Below, in pieces: positions 42,212 through 52,523 of a DNA stretch of 64,000 nucleotides. Source of the DNA: a virus (taxonomy: Duplodnaviria > Heunggongvirae > Uroviricota > Caudoviricetes); IMG/VR virus record IMGVR_UViG_2875713109_000001; one strand, written 5' to 3'. The translations under genes were made by a program, and so were the position numbers. Within the stretch, counting starts at the first letter, position 1, and each line of letters begins with the position of its first letter. Below the pieces are notes generated by a model, which worked only from the letters and a program-made list of their open reading frames with translations, searched no databases and was not told where the DNA came from.

Positions 42212-42421
42212 ATGGCTATCGCTGCAAGTTACACCATGCATCTCTATTGTGATTGCCTCCAGTGTACAGATGGCAAATATAAGTCGCCAGACTTCGGTGA
42301 GTATATAGGTACGTCATGGGCTGGCTGTGCAAAAGAGGCGCGCAAGGATGGCTGGCGAATAAGCAAAGACAAAACGCGTGCTTTTGCGCCCGGGCATAAA
42401 GTTTTGAGGATTAACAAATGA
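42212..42421 (+). CDS. hypothetical Cys-rich small protein
   Basis: 69 aa with CDCLQC; ATG with strong SD aaaggagag. Confidence 0.35.
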   Translation: MAIAASYTMHLYCDCLQCTDGKYKSPDFGEYIGTSWAGCAKEARKDGWRISKDKTRAFAPGHKVLRINK

Positions 42422-43134
42422 CCACTATAACCAAAGAGCGACTGCTGACAATCAAGCAGTGGCGCGAAACATACGGACCTGGTAGCAACGTTGTACTGCC
42501 AGCAGAAGAAGCGGAAGAACTGGCACGAATTGCGCTGGCATCGCTGGAAGCAGATCCAGTTGCTTATATTTTCAAACATCCGGCCGGGAAATTATTCTGG
42601 GCTTTAACGGATGAAAGCAATAAAGAGCAAGCGGACGTTATTCCTGTTTATGCTGCCGCGCCTGCGTCGGTTGTGCCGGATAATGCATCAGAGCCTCTTG
42701 CTTATGCTTACAAAGAGCTTACGCCTGAGATTATGCGCAACCATTTAGCTGTATTCGAGCGATATGGAATAGCCCCAAACGATAGCTCTACCACAATTCA
42801 GGCACTGCGAATCGCGCTGGATGGCATAGAGCGGAGCGACGCCATGCTTCATGGTGCCGAACCTGTAAGCCAAACTTACAAGTTGAACCAGCTATCGGGC
42901 AACTCTCCGGCAACTCCGGATGGTTGGATAAGCTGTAGTGAGCGAATGCCGAATACCAAAACAGCCGTTCTTGTTGCCGTGGAGTTTGACAGGAAAGGTG
43001 ACTGGCGAATGAAATGGGCTACTTACATCCCCGGGCATCCTGACGCTAATGATGGGTGGATAATTCCTGGTGCGTCGTGGAAACCGTCACACTGGATGCC
43101 GCTACCAGAACCGCCGCAGGAGGTGAATCAATGA
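42418..43134 (+). CDS. DUF551-like protein
   Basis: C-terminal SHWMPLPEPP resembles DUF551 signature seen in prophage ea-type genes. Confidence 0.45.
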   Translation: MTTITKERLLTIKQWRETYGPGSNVVLPAEEAEELARIALASLEADPVAYIFKHPAGKLFWALTDESNKEQADVIPVYAAAPASVVPDNASEPLAYAYKELTPEIMRNHLAVFERYGIAPNDSSTTIQALRIALDGIERSDAMLHGAEPVSQTYKLNQLSGNSPATPDGWISCSERMPNTKTAVLVAVEFDRKGDWRMKWATYIPGHPDANDGWIIPGASWKPSHWMPLPEPPQEVNQ

Positions 43135-43216
43135 GCTGGCCTGAAGCATTCACCACGGTAGGAATTGTGATGGCGGCAGCACTGGGTTTGTATTCAATTT
43201 GTCGCTGGTGGTAACG

Positions 43217-43450
43217 ATGGGAAAAATAACTTTTGTAGTCGAATTTGAGGATGGCAAAGAGCCACCTGTTAGCGCCAATCTTGATGTTGCTGGTGGCAGG
43301 CTGGTTTCGGTTCTATTTGGTGATTACCGCGACGACTTCTTTCAGCCTGAAGAAGTTGATGTAGTGCGAGAAGCATTAAACGAGCTAAGTGTTGATAACG
43401 ATGATGCTCATGCGGAAATCATCAAAAAAATGGAACTGCTAACTCACTAA
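43217..43450 (+). CDS. hypothetical protein
   Basis: ATG at 43217 with SD ggtgg; ORF-track start 43199 is TTG. Confidence 0.35.
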   Translation: MGKITFVVEFEDGKEPPVSANLDVAGGRLVSVLFGDYRDDFFQPEEVDVVREALNELSVDNDDAHAEIIKKMELLTH

Positions 43451-43628
43451 ATTATCAATTATGGTGCTATCACCTACGACACCGAGAGAAAATTTATAAT
43501 GTCAAAAGTAAATGTTTTGATTTTTTCAGCAATTGTTGGCTTTGGTTTTACTGCCGGAGTGCAGATTTATATTGCGTGGGAAAAAATCATCAACTACGCA
43601 TGGAGTTGTTTTATTAAGTGAGGTAAGT

Positions 43629-43922
43629 ATGTGGAGAGGTAATAGTCATGGCAAAAGCCAGATGATACTTACCGAATATCAGTTTGACCATAAAACCAAT
43701 AAATCACGTTCAGTATATTTGCTTCGGCACAATAGCCGCGTAAGGAATACCGTGCTGGAGCAAAATCTGACTGTTGAAATGGATAATTACGGGGGCTTCA
43801 AGCCAACAATTTCGCTTGATGATTTTCCTCGTGGTTTAAGCGAAAGAGAAGCAATGCTGAAATTAGCAGAATGGCTACAAAGATTAAGCATTGCTATTGA
43901 AGATAACTGGTCTGAACCTTAA
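43629..43922 (+). CDS. hypothetical protein
   Basis: ATG at 43629 with SD gaggt; upstream part of track ORF lacks RBS. Confidence 0.35.
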   Translation: MWRGNSHGKSQMILTEYQFDHKTNKSRSVYLLRHNSRVRNTVLEQNLTVEMDNYGGFKPTISLDDFPRGLSEREAMLKLAEWLQRLSIAIEDNWSEP

Positions 43923-43928
43923 ATTTAT

Positions 43929-44303
43929 ATGATGACACTAAAACATTTTCTTGACCGCCCATTATGGGCGGCAGCCGCAGGCTATGACTTTAATTATATG
44001 GATTGCATGTCTTATACCGCCAATGCATACGACCATTCCTTCAGTCTGCTGTTTAATTCTTTAAGAATATTGCCGCAAACAGAAGTTGGAGAGCTTCATT
44101 TATGGCTATTGGGCTTTATCGCGGCTGGAGTTGGTATTGCTGTATGGCCTTTTATTTTCTGGCTGGTGGCTGTTGTAGTGTGGTTTAAGTGCAAGACGTA
44201 CCGGAAAAAGTATTTCTTAGGTGATGGAATGACTGATATTGCCAAAATGAACATTGAAAAATGGACTAAGGAATGTGAAAAGAAATGGCGCAAAAAGAAA
44301 TGA
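43929..44303 (+). CDS. membrane protein
   Basis: 124 aa; hydrophobic helix pair LWLLGFIAAGVGIAVWPFIFWLVAVVVWF then Lys-rich tail. Confidence 0.4.
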   Translation: MMTLKHFLDRPLWAAAAGYDFNYMDCMSYTANAYDHSFSLLFNSLRILPQTEVGELHLWLLGFIAAGVGIAVWPFIFWLVAVVVWFKCKTYRKKYFLGDGMTDIAKMNIEKWTKECEKKWRKKK

Positions 44304-44944
44304 CTACTCTAACGACAGCATACTTACAGCAATTGGTATTTTTTGCAGGCGAGGCTACTTGTCATCCTGACGCAAACTATTTATTGGAATTTGAGAGGTT
44401 AGCGTCACCCGGTATCGTTCTGGAACTGGCCCAACAGGTGCTGGCCTTAAGACAAAAAGAGCAACATGAAAGTAATACGTGTAGATTGAACTTTGAGCAG
44501 TGGCTGGAACAGCAACGCGGAAAAATCGATGTGGACTGTGGTTGTGTGTCTACTGAAACATTCATGCACTGGCTGCGGGTAGCTTACGAGGCTGGCAACT
44601 ATCCGGATATTCCGGATAGTTCGGTGCCAGGGCCAGGAAAGGGCGTCACCGGTGAACGTATCCGCATTAAGCCGCATGTTTATCGCGAACTGGTTAACCG
44701 TCTCCACGATACAGCGATCAAGTGTGCTGGCACCCAGCAATTACGAGAAAGAATTAGCCGTGTTTTGGGCGACGTTATTAAGCCAGACCATCATAAACAA
44801 GCCGAGAAAAGTGGCCTGGAAAGGTGTCACCTTGAGGCGGCATTAAACATTAACCCGGGGCATACGCTTGGCATTATTGATGCACTATTGGTTCATAAGA
44901 TGGCCAGGGCTTTATTGCCGCTGGTAGGGGGCAATGACAACTAG
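44285..44944 (+). CDS. hypothetical protein (prophage ea-type)
   Basis: 219-aa ORF with ATG start. Confidence 0.4.
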   Translation: MAQKEMTTLTTAYLQQLVFFAGEATCHPDANYLLEFERLASPGIVLELAQQVLALRQKEQHESNTCRLNFEQWLEQQRGKIDVDCGCVSTETFMHWLRVAYEAGNYPDIPDSSVPGPGKGVTGERIRIKPHVYRELVNRLHDTAIKCAGTQQLRERISRVLGDVIKPDHHKQAEKSGLERCHLEAALNINPGHTLGIIDALLVHKMARALLPLVGGNDN

Positions 44945-45028
44945 GAAAAAATCGCATTACTGGTGGCAAAGCCATAACTACTGATACAATATTTCTAGGT
45001 TAAAGATCTGGCATTAGGTAGAGATAGC

Positions 45029-45493
45029 ATGTTTCTTCATATCAATCCCGATTGGGCATCAGCTATTGCGGCATTTGGGTCAGCAATAGCTGCTTTTATT
45101 AGTTTGCGCACAAGTAAAAATCTTGGATTATTCGATAAGGAAAAATTTTATAGTGAAGCATTGATAAACTTTGCTGATAGGGCAAATAAAATAGCAACAG
45201 GAAAAGCTGGATCAGACTGGGATGTTAATGACGCAAGTAATATAATTCTTTCACTAAATGCCGCAAAAGAAACTATTGAAAGTGCGCCAAAACCTATTCG
45301 AGAGAAACTAAAACAATATTACAAACATAATCTTTGCCATGAGATCATAACTGAATTAGAGGCTCACTCTCCCCCAGATTCAGTAATTGTAAGAGAACCA
45401 TCAGAGTATGAAGGCAAGATCATGGGATTGTGGGATGAGATTAAAATATTTCTGGGTTATACAGTGGTATCAGAAGCAGACCTTGAAGATTAA
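45029..45493 (+). CDS. hypothetical membrane-anchored protein, AT-rich accessory gene
   Basis: 154 aa; N-terminal hydrophobic helix WASAIAAFGSAIAAFISL; SD aggtagaga; visibly AT-rich relative to flanks. Confidence 0.45.
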   Translation: MFLHINPDWASAIAAFGSAIAAFISLRTSKNLGLFDKEKFYSEALINFADRANKIATGKAGSDWDVNDASNIILSLNAAKETIESAPKPIREKLKQYYKHNLCHEIITELEAHSPPDSVIVREPSEYEGKIMGLWDEIKIFLGYTVVSEADLED

Positions 45494-45600
45494 AGTTTGG
45501 TGTGACCACATCATTTCATCAATGATGCCCGAAGTGGGGAGTTTGACGATTGTCCGGTGATTTAAGCTGCAAAGTGCTGGTGCTTTATGCTTGTGAAGTT

Positions 45601-45630
45601 TATAATTGTGTACACATAACGAGTACACGA
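45601..45630 (+). promoter_or_regulatory. phd-doc promoter/operator
   Basis: -10 tataat followed by palindromic tgtgtacaca and gagtacac sites just upstream of phd. Confidence 0.5.
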
Positions 45631-45637
45631 GGTGTTT

Positions 45638-45859
45638 ATGCAATCCATTAACTTCCGTACCGCACGCGGCAACCTTAGCGAAGTGCTCAATAATGTTGAA
45701 GCAGGGGAAGAGGTTGAAATCACCCGCAGAGGCCGTGAGCCAGCAGTAATTGTCAGCAAGGCTACTTTTGAAACCTACAAAAAAGCGGCGCTGGATGCTG
45801 AATTTGCATCCCTGTTTGACACCCTGGACTCCACCAACAAGGAACTGGTTAACCGATAA
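45638..45859 (+). CDS. phd: antitoxin Phd
   Basis: 73 aa [39 protein letters not shown]... matches P1 Phd as recalled; ORF-track GTG start 45632 is 2 codons upstream. Confidence 0.85.
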   Translation: MQSINFRTARGNLSEVLNNVEAGEEVEITRRGREPAVIVSKATFETYKKAALDAEFASLFDTLDSTNKELVNR

Positions 45860-46239
45860 TGAGGCATATATCACCGGAAGAACTTATTGCGCTTCATGAT
45901 GCGAATATAAACCGCTACGGCGGCCTGCCGGGAATGTCAGATCCGGGTAGGGCTGAGGCCATTATCGGGAGAGTTCAGGCCAGAGTTGCCTACGAAGAGA
46001 TCACCGACCTTTTCGAAGTCTCCGCCACCTACCTGGTGGCTACAGCGAGAGGGCATATATTCAATGATGCCAATAAGCGTACCGCGCTAAACAGTGCGCT
46101 GCTATTTCTACGCCGTAACGGGGTGCAGGTATTTGATTCACCAGAACTGGCAGACCTTACCGTAGGGGCTGCGACCGGAGAGATATCTGTATCTACTGTC
46201 GCCGCCACGTTACGTAGATTGTATGGTTCTGCGGAGTAG
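45859..46239 (+). CDS. doc: toxin Doc
   Basis: 126 aa, Fic-type core ([11 protein letters not shown]); ATG overlaps phd stop. Confidence 0.85.
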   Translation: MRHISPEELIALHDANINRYGGLPGMSDPGRAEAIIGRVQARVAYEEITDLFEVSATYLVATARGHIFNDANKRTALNSALLFLRRNGVQVFDSPELADLTVGAATGEISVSTVAATLRRLYGSAE

Positions 46240-46243
46240 ATTA

Positions 46244-46423
46244 ATGGCACGTAAATACAACAAATTGTCCCGTAGAGCGTTAAAGATGCTTCTTGATGGC
46301 GTGAGTCGCCGCGAGGTAAAGCAATACCTGGTTGGTAAGCAAATTGGTGCCAGGACCGCTATTGCTGTGTTATGCCGTCAGGAAATGGTTGTGCTTAAAC
46401 AGAAAATGCCGGGCAGCAGATAA
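46244..46423 (+). CDS. hypothetical small basic protein
   Basis: ATG at 46244 with SD ggag; 59 aa. Confidence 0.35.
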   Translation: MARKYNKLSRRALKMLLDGVSRREVKQYLVGKQIGARTAIAVLCRQEMVVLKQKMPGSR

Positions 46424-46450
46424 AGCCAAATCAGTGATGAAAGGTGTGAT

Positions 46451-47494
46451 GTGAAAGCCGTAATTACTCCCTTTGTACAAAAAGAGCTTGGCGTCGCCAC
46501 ATTCAAAGTGGATCAGGAAGTCAGAAAGCTGGTGGAGGCTGGCCGTAAATTTATTATGGAGCCGGTGCCGCGTGAGTTAATCGAGCACATGGACGACGGC
46601 CTCGTTGTTTCCGAGCAAACTATGGCAACAAATGAGGCGTTGCAGCCGTTTTTTAACAGCGATGAACTGTTTCGCCGTATTGGTGGAATTGACGCGCTGG
46701 TGGCGTGGTTGCGCAGGAAAGAGGGGCAATGCCAGGCCGCAGATCGTAGCTGGTGTGACAACCATATTGTCCACGCTGAACGAGACAACAGCGCGGTGTT
46801 GTTGTGCTGGCATCACGATAATCATTACCGGATGCGTGGTTTTAATGAGCTGAAAGAAACGCTGCATAATAATCGCGTTAACTGGATACTGGATGTCGCT
46901 CGTCAGGAAATGGGCCTTTCTGATGGTCATGATTTAAGTATTCAGGAGCTGTGCTGGTGGGCTTTCATGCGCAACATGATCCACCTCATGCCGGAAGAAG
47001 TCTGCCGTATATCAATAAATAAGGTGAGGGCTGCAACGCAGGATAGCGGACCTCTGAAAGAGGCGGATATTCGCCCGTATGACGATCGCGCTACAGCATA
47101 TGTTCAGATGATGGAAGAACGCGCCGCGCCGATGCGTGCAAAAGTATGCCCTGTGGATGTTGACTCCGACCCTGGCATGGCGCATTTCAAAATACCAAAA
47201 CTGCAATCGCTAAAATTACCTGAGTACATGGACTTTGTTGCTTCCCGTCCATGCTGTGGGTGTGGAGCTGCGGGAGCTGGCGCTCACATTACGCCTTATA
47301 TCGTTCGTCATAGTCGATTATGCGCGCATGACATTTACGCAATTCCTCTGTGCCAGTCATGCCAGCGTGATATTGAGCGTGACCGCGATAATTGGGAGAA
47401 GACGCACGGCAGGCTGGCGATGCATCAACGATTGTTCTTTGATTACGCGCTTGGAGTCGGCGTTATCACAAGTCACTCGTCGAGCGTTAGATAA
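46451..47494 (+). CDS. hypothetical Cys/His-rich protein
   Basis: 347 aa, GTG start; CCGCG and C..C..C clusters near C-terminus. Confidence 0.45.
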   Translation: MKAVITPFVQKELGVATFKVDQEVRKLVEAGRKFIMEPVPRELIEHMDDGLVVSEQTMATNEALQPFFNSDELFRRIGGIDALVAWLRRKEGQCQAADRSWCDNHIVHAERDNSAVLLCWHHDNHYRMRGFNELKETLHNNRVNWILDVARQEMGLSDGHDLSIQELCWWAFMRNMIHLMPEEVCRISINKVRAATQDSGPLKEADIRPYDDRATAYVQMMEERAAPMRAKVCPVDVDSDPGMAHFKIPKLQSLKLPEYMDFVASRPCCGCGAAGAGAHITPYIVRHSRLCAHDIYAIPLCQSCQRDIERDRDNWEKTHGRLAMHQRLFFDYALGVGVITSHSSSVR

Positions 47495-47495
47495 A

Positions 47496-47512
47496 ATTGC
47501 TCTAATGTATTG
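47496..47512 (+). promoter_or_regulatory. C1 operator-like site upstream of lpa
   Basis: attgctctaatgtattg, 14/17. Confidence 0.5.
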
Positions 47513-47582
47513 CTATTTCTTTAATCGAGGGTATTATATTCGTCGTTGATTAGTTGACATGGGCTAATCAGTAGGTGACAGG

Positions 47583-48035
47583 ATGTTACTTAACTGGCAG
47601 GGACGCCACTTCATGGAAATAAATCACTCACGAATTACATCGTATGAGATTGCGGATTACATGATCCGCACTAAATCTCTTCTATCAGCGAAAGAACTCG
47701 CAGCAATCCTTGAAAAGGAATACCCGCATCTGGATGTCGATAAGCGCGATGTTTATCTGCGCTTAAAGGCTATCGCTGTGTCTAAGTATTCGTCTGTTTT
47801 GATTGATGACAGTACACGCCCACGTAGATTTCAGATCCACTCTCTGAATCCTGAATTCTTTCGCCGCAGCCGCGCTCCGCGCCGGTTTGATGAAAAACTC
47901 CAGAACGAACTCTATATGACGCAGGACGAAAAGGAACGCCGGGAGCACCAGCCTTGGGTAATGGCGCGTCAACTTTTCAATAAGGTGGCCCGTCAGCACC
48001 GTCATTACGGTAATGCCACATCCGCACGTATCTGA
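47583..48035 (+). CDS. lpa: late promoter activator Lpa-like
   Basis: 150-aa ORF preceded by C1 operator and directly upstream of pacA, as P1 lpa; SD aggtga. Confidence 0.5.
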   Translation: MLLNWQGRHFMEINHSRITSYEIADYMIRTKSLLSAKELAAILEKEYPHLDVDKRDVYLRLKAIAVSKYSSVLIDDSTRPRRFQIHSLNPEFFRRSRAPRRFDEKLQNELYMTQDEKERREHQPWVMARQLFNKVARQHRHYGNATSARI

Positions 48036-48064
48036 TTGATTGCTTGCCCGTTCCGGGCCTTTTG

Positions 48065-48085
48065 ACATGTGACTTTCGTTACCCT
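48065..48085 (+). promoter_or_regulatory. candidate late promoter upstream of pacA (weak -10)
   Basis: ACATGTGAC-tttcgt-TACCCT: core matches other late-promoter candidates, -10 poor. Confidence 0.35.
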
Positions 48086-48120
48086 CGCGTCAAAAAGAGT
48101 TTTTACGAAAGGAAGCATAA

Positions 48121-49314
48121 GTGACCTGGGACGATCACAAGAAGAATTTTGCTCGCCTGGCGCGAGATGGTGGTTACACCATCGCACAGTATGCCGCCGA
48201 GTTTAATCTTAACCCTAATACCGCACGTCGTTATCTCCGTGCCTTCAAAGAAGACACCAGGACAGCGGACAGCCGCAAGCCAAATAAGCCAGTCAGGAAG
48301 CCACTAAAAAGCATGATCATTGATCACTCTAATGATCAACATTCCGGTGATCACATTGCGGCTGAAATAGCAGAAAAACAAAGGGTTAATGCCATTGTCA
48401 GTGTCGCAGTCGAGAATGCGAAGCGCCAAAATAAGCGCATAAATGATCGTTCAGATGATCATGACGTGATCACCCGCGCCCACCGGACCTTACGTGATCG
48501 CCTGGAACGCGACACCCTGGATGATGATGGTGAACGCTTTGAATTCGAAGCTGGCGATTACCTGATAGATAACGTTGAAGCGCGGAAGGCCGCGCGCGCT
48601 ATGTTGCGTCGGTCCGGGGCCGATGTTCTGGAAACCACTCTTCTTGAAAAGTCTCTTTCTCATCTCCTTATGCTGGAGAACGCCAGGGATACGTGTATTC
48701 GCCTGGTGCAGGAAATGCGCGATCAGCAAAAAGCCGATGATGAAGGTACTCCGCCTGAATACCGTATCGCGAGCATGCTAAACAGCTGTTCCGCGCAGAT
48801 AAGCAGTCTGATCAACACCATTTACAGCATCCGGAATAACTATCGAAAAGAAAGCCGGGAGGCGGAAAAGCACGCTTTGTCTATGGGGCAAGCTGGCATT
48901 GTTAAGCTGGCATACGAACGAAAGCGTGAAAATAACTGGTCAGTGCTGGAAGCAGCTGAATTTATCGAGGCGCATGGCGGGAAAGTGCCGCCCCTGATGC
49001 TGGAGCAAATCAAAGCCGATCTGCGTGCTCCTAAGACCAATACCGATGATGAGGAAAGGCAAACTGCCGTCGGTGGTCCTTCTCTTGAAGATCTGGACAA
49101 AGTTGCGCGAGAACGGGCCGCCAACCGCCGCGCCGATGCCGCATTGTGGATTGAGCAGCGTAGGGAAGAAATCGCCGATATCGTTGATACAGGCGGTTAT
49201 GGAGATGTTGATACTGAAGGTGTATCAAACGACCCATGGCTGGAACAAGACCTGGACGAAGACGAGGAGGAAGACGAAGAAGTTACCCGCAAGCTATACG
49301 GGGATGATGATTAA
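48121..49314 (+). CDS. pacA: terminase small subunit PacA
   Basis: 397-aa ORF containing the pac hexamer clusters; GTG start with SD aggaag; stop overlaps pacB start. Confidence 0.8.
   Translation: MTWDDHKKNFARLARDGGYTIAQYAAEFNLNPNTARRYLRAFKEDTRTADSRKPNKPVRKPLKSMIIDHSNDQHSGDHIAAEIAEKQRVNAIVSVAVENAKRQNKRINDRSDDHDVITRAHRTLRDRLERDTLDDDGERFEFEAGDYLIDNVEARKAARAMLRRSGADVLETTLLEKSLSHLLMLENARDTCIRLVQEMRDQQKADDEGTPPEYRIASMLNSCSAQISSLINTIYSIRNNYRKESREAEKHALSMGQAGIVKLAYERKRENNWSVLEAAEFIEAHGGKVPPLMLEQIKADLRAPKTNTDDEERQTAVGGPSLEDLDKVARERAANRRADAALWIEQRREEIADIVDTGGYGDVDTEGVSNDPWLEQDLDEDEEEDEEVTRKLYGDDD
48310..48475. other. pac: pac packaging site (4 + 3 GATC-containing hexamers)
   Basis: TGATCA/TGATCG hexamers at 48314, 48321, 48333, 48348 and 48444, 48456, 48468, matching the P1 pac layout. 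Confidence 0.7.
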
Positions 49315-50798
49315 TGGCCAGAAGTTGCGTAACGGATCCACGTTGGCGCGAGCTGGTGGCGCTATATCGTTATGACTGGATTGCGGCCGCTGATGTTTTG
49401 TTCGGCAAAACACCTACCTGGCAGCAGGATCTGATTATTGAGTCTGTGCAGGAACAGGGTAGCAAGACATCTGTTTCGTCTGGTCACGGTACCGGGAAAT
49501 CAGACATGACTTCTATCATGATCATGTTGTTCATAATCATGTATCCCGGTGCCCGAGCCATTATCGTTGCGAACAAAATTCAGCAGGTAATGACCGGTAT
49601 ATTCAAGTACATCAAGATAAACTGGGCTACTGCCACCAGCCGTTTTCCATGGCTTGCTGATTATTTTGTTCTGACAGAAACCGCTTTCTATGAGGTTACT
49701 GGTAAAGGTGTATGGACTGTAGTACCGAAGGGCTTTCGTCTGGGAAGTGAAGAAGCTCTCGCCGGTGAACACGCAGATCATCTTCTGTATATTATCGATG
49801 AAGCCTCCGGTGTCAGTGATAGAGCTTTCGGTATCATCACCGGTGCTCTTACCGGACAGGATAACCGCATCTTATTGCTGTCACAGCCTACACGCCCAAG
49901 CGGCTATTTCTACGATACACACCATAAACTGGCCAAGCGTCCTGGTAACCCTGATGGCGTTTATACGGCGATCACGCTTAACAGTGAGGAATCACCGCTG
50001 GTAACGCCAGCATTTATCAAAATGAAGCTGGCGGAGTACGGCGGGCGTGATAACCCTATGTACATGATTAAGGTACGCGGGCTATTCCCTAAATCACAGG
50101 ATGGCTTCCTTCTTGGACGTGATGAGGTTGAACGTGCAACGCGGCGGAAAGTCAAGATTGCCAAAGGATGGGGCTGGCTTGCATGTGTGGACGTTGCTGG
50201 TGGTACGGGAAGGGATAAGTCCGTTATCAATATCATGATGGTGTCCGGCCAGAGAAATAAACGCCGTGTAATCAACTATCGAATGCTGGAATACACAGAC
50301 GTTACAGAAACGCAGCTTGCCGCCAAAATTTTCGCAGAATGTAATCCTGAGCGATTCCCAAATATCACCATAGCGATAGACGGCGATGGTCTGGGTAAAG
50401 CAACGGCGGATCTGATGTACGAGTATTATGGTATTACCGTACAGCGTATACGCTGGGGTAAAAAGATGCATAGCCGTGAAGATAAGAGCCTGTACTTTGA
50501 TAAACGTGCTTATGCCAACGTTCAAGCCGCAGAGGCCGTAAAATCTGGTCGTATGAGACTGGATAAGGGTAATGAAACTATTGAGGAAGCGTCGAAAATC
50601 CCTGTAGGGATTAACTCCGCAGGTCAATGGAAGGTGATGAGTAAGGAAGATATGAAGAAAAAACTCAACCTGCACTCACCGGACCATTGGGATACATATT
50701 GTTTCGCTATGTTGGCGAACTATGTTCCCCAAGATGAAGTGCTTAGCGTCGAAGACGAAGCGCAGGTTGATGAAGCTCTGGCATGGCTTAATGAGTAA
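49314..50798 (+). CDS. pacB: terminase large subunit PacB
   Basis: 494 aa; Walker A-like SGHGTGKSD; ATG overlaps pacA stop (TAATG). Confidence 0.85.
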   Translation: MARSCVTDPRWRELVALYRYDWIAAADVLFGKTPTWQQDLIIESVQEQGSKTSVSSGHGTGKSDMTSIMIMLFIIMYPGARAIIVANKIQQVMTGIFKYIKINWATATSRFPWLADYFVLTETAFYEVTGKGVWTVVPKGFRLGSEEALAGEHADHLLYIIDEASGVSDRAFGIITGALTGQDNRILLLSQPTRPSGYFYDTHHKLAKRPGNPDGVYTAITLNSEESPLVTPAFIKMKLAEYGGRDNPMYMIKVRGLFPKSQDGFLLGRDEVERATRRKVKIAKGWGWLACVDVAGGTGRDKSVINIMMVSGQRNKRRVINYRMLEYTDVTETQLAAKIFAECNPERFPNITIAIDGDGLGKATADLMYEYYGITVQRIRWGKKMHSREDKSLYFDKRAYANVQAAEAVKSGRMRLDKGNETIEEASKIPVGINSAGQWKVMSKEDMKKKLNLHSPDHWDTYCFAMLANYVPQDEVLSVEDEAQVDEALAWLNE

Positions 50799-50801
50799 AA
50801 A

Positions 50802-50818
50802 CTTGCTCTAATAAATTG
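50802..50818 (+). promoter_or_regulatory. C1 operator-like site heading the second immI-like module
   Basis: cttgctctaataaattg, 15/17, 4 bp after pacB stop. Confidence 0.5.
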
Positions 50819-50950
50819 TGTTTTTTGACTGCCGATGTTACATTGAACCTGACCTCTTGCGCCTTGAGGCATTTTCGGTTTATGCTTATCAGGCACCTCA
50901 TTAAAACGGGTGCCGGGATTGGAACCCCGGATAATGCAAAAGGCGACACA

Positions 50951-50972
50951 GACGCCAAAAGCGTCTTTTTTT
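50951..50972 (+). terminator. terminator-like hairpin inside the module 2 leader
   Basis: gacgc-caaaa-gcgtc followed by ttttttt. Confidence 0.45.
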
Positions 50973-50989
50973 GTGTCATGCCATCGCAC

Positions 50990-51100
50990 AGCCATACGTA
51001 GCACATAGCTCCGAGATCAATGGTAGTGCTGGCTGGGCTGCCGAAAGGCAGGCCGGTTCCCTTTTGCGCCGGTAGTTCCAACCCAGTCAGTGCTACCGCC
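50990..51100 (+). ncRNA. candidate c4-type antisense RNA of second module (boundaries approximate)
   Basis: Contains gttccaa and cccttttg complementary to ttggaac and caaaagg, which occur both upstream (50912-50943) and overlapping the icd-like SD (51108-51149). Confidence 0.3.
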
Positions 51101-51157
51101 ATTGAGATTGGAACCTCACGCGGTAGCTCCTTAAGTTAGCAAAAGGAGGCTGCCATT

Positions 51158-51379
51158 GTGGCTACTATCCCTACCCCTGCTCATCCTGAATTTATCTGGC
51201 GCTTTTACTCCTGCCAAAAACGTCACTATCACTTCGTTATTGCACCGACAGAAGATGAGGCACGTTCTCAGCTTCCTGACGCCCCATGTATTTTCTCTGC
51301 CCGTTTTTCCACTGATTCACGCAATTCTCTCAGTTACTGGTGCCTCCCTGTTAACGCTTCTGCTCTGGAGGGGCTATGA
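51158..51379 (+). CDS. Icd-like protein (second copy)
   Basis: 73 aa; PEFIWRFYSC(Q/K)K(R/H)HYHFVIA shared with 4364..4585 product; GTG start with SD aaaaggagg. Confidence 0.6.
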   Translation: MATIPTPAHPEFIWRFYSCQKRHYHFVIAPTEDEARSQLPDAPCIFSARFSTDSRNSLSYWCLPVNASALEGL

Positions 51380-52491
51380 GAACATCATTAGTCACCCGTA
51401 AAGAAATGATCGAGGCAATTGAACAGCACACTGCCTGTATCAGTACCAGGGATATACCTGGCGTTATTGCCAACTACTTCATGATCACCAAACAACTTTA
51501 CCGGAGAAAGGACAAAAACGCGGTTCACCGCATTCTGCTAACCGATATCCGTGAATACCTGCTCGAACAGGGTCATCTGAATTACGCAACCGTCGCAGCC
51601 GAAGCACGCAAGGAGGCACACAGAATGAAAGCAACTAACGTTAAATCAGAAAAAACTCATGCACCTTCAGTTCAGGAATCGGAGCTGGTGGTTGTTCAGA
51701 ATCAGTCTGATGAAATTCCCGTTCTGGAATGGCTGGGAGTGCGTGTAGTGACAACTAAGATCCTTGCTAAGGGGTATGGGACAGATGCGGATAACATCAA
51801 GAAGAACTTTTCCCGTAATGCTGAACGTTTTTGTGAAGGCAAGCATTTCTATAAAGTTATTGGAGATGATTTGAACAATTTGCGGGTGACTTTAAGTAAC
51901 TCACAAAATCCTATCTCTCCTAAAGCCCGCTCACTCATCCTCTGGACGGAACGCGGCGCAGCCCGCCACGCTAAAATGATCGAAACCGATCAGGCATGGG
52001 CATTCTTTGAAAAACTGGAAGACAGCTACTTCCGACAAAAAGAACAGCAACCGATCGCAATCCCCCAGACGCTTCCAGAAGCTCTGCGCCTTGCTGCCGA
52101 ACTGGCTGAACAAAAGCAACTTCTGGAACAGAAAGCCCATCAGCTAAATCAGCAGCTGGTGGCCGCAGCCCCCAAAGTCGATTTTGCCGACCGGGTATCA
52201 GTGGCTAAGGGGATCCTGATTGGGAATTTTGCAAAGGTCGTTGGACTTAAACAAAATGCGCTGTTTGCCTGGTTACGGGAGAACGGCATTCTGATAGCGT
52301 CCGGCGGCCGTAAAAATGTACCGTTCCAGCAGTACATAAACGCCGGATATTTCACAGTGAAAGAAGTGGTGCTGGATGATGAAGAGGGCTACCAGATACG
52401 GCTGACGCCCCAATTAACGGGGAAAGGCCAACAGTGGTTGACGCGTAAACTGCTCGATGCTGGCTTGTTAAAACCGGTGGCGGCTGAATAA
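51376..52491 (+). CDS. antirepressor-like protein (Bro-N-like middle region plus Ant/KilA C-terminal domain)
   Basis: 371 aa; N-terminal about 80 aa and C-terminal about 140 aa homologous to Ant at 4582..5616, middle differs; ATG overlaps icd-like stop. Confidence 0.65.
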   Translation: MRTSLVTRKEMIEAIEQHTACISTRDIPGVIANYFMITKQLYRRKDKNAVHRILLTDIREYLLEQGHLNYATVAAEARKEAHRMKATNVKSEKTHAPSVQESELVVVQNQSDEIPVLEWLGVRVVTTKILAKGYGTDADNIKKNFSRNAERFCEGKHFYKVIGDDLNNLRVTLSNSQNPISPKARSLILWTERGAARHAKMIETDQAWAFFEKLEDSYFRQKEQQPIAIPQTLPEALRLAAELAEQKQLLEQKAHQLNQQLVAAAPKVDFADRVSVAKGILIGNFAKVVGLKQNALFAWLRENGILIASGGRKNVPFQQYINAGYFTVKEVVLDDEEGYQIRLTPQLTGKGQQWLTRKLLDAGLLKPVAAE

Positions 52492-52498
52492 TGGAAGA

Positions 52499-52520
52499 AT
52501 GCCCGGTTGATGCCGGGCAT
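52499..52520. terminator. bidirectional hairpin between ant-like gene and c1
   Basis: atgcccgg-ttgatg-ccgggcat perfect stem between convergent stops. Confidence 0.45.
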
Positions 52521-52523
52521 AAT

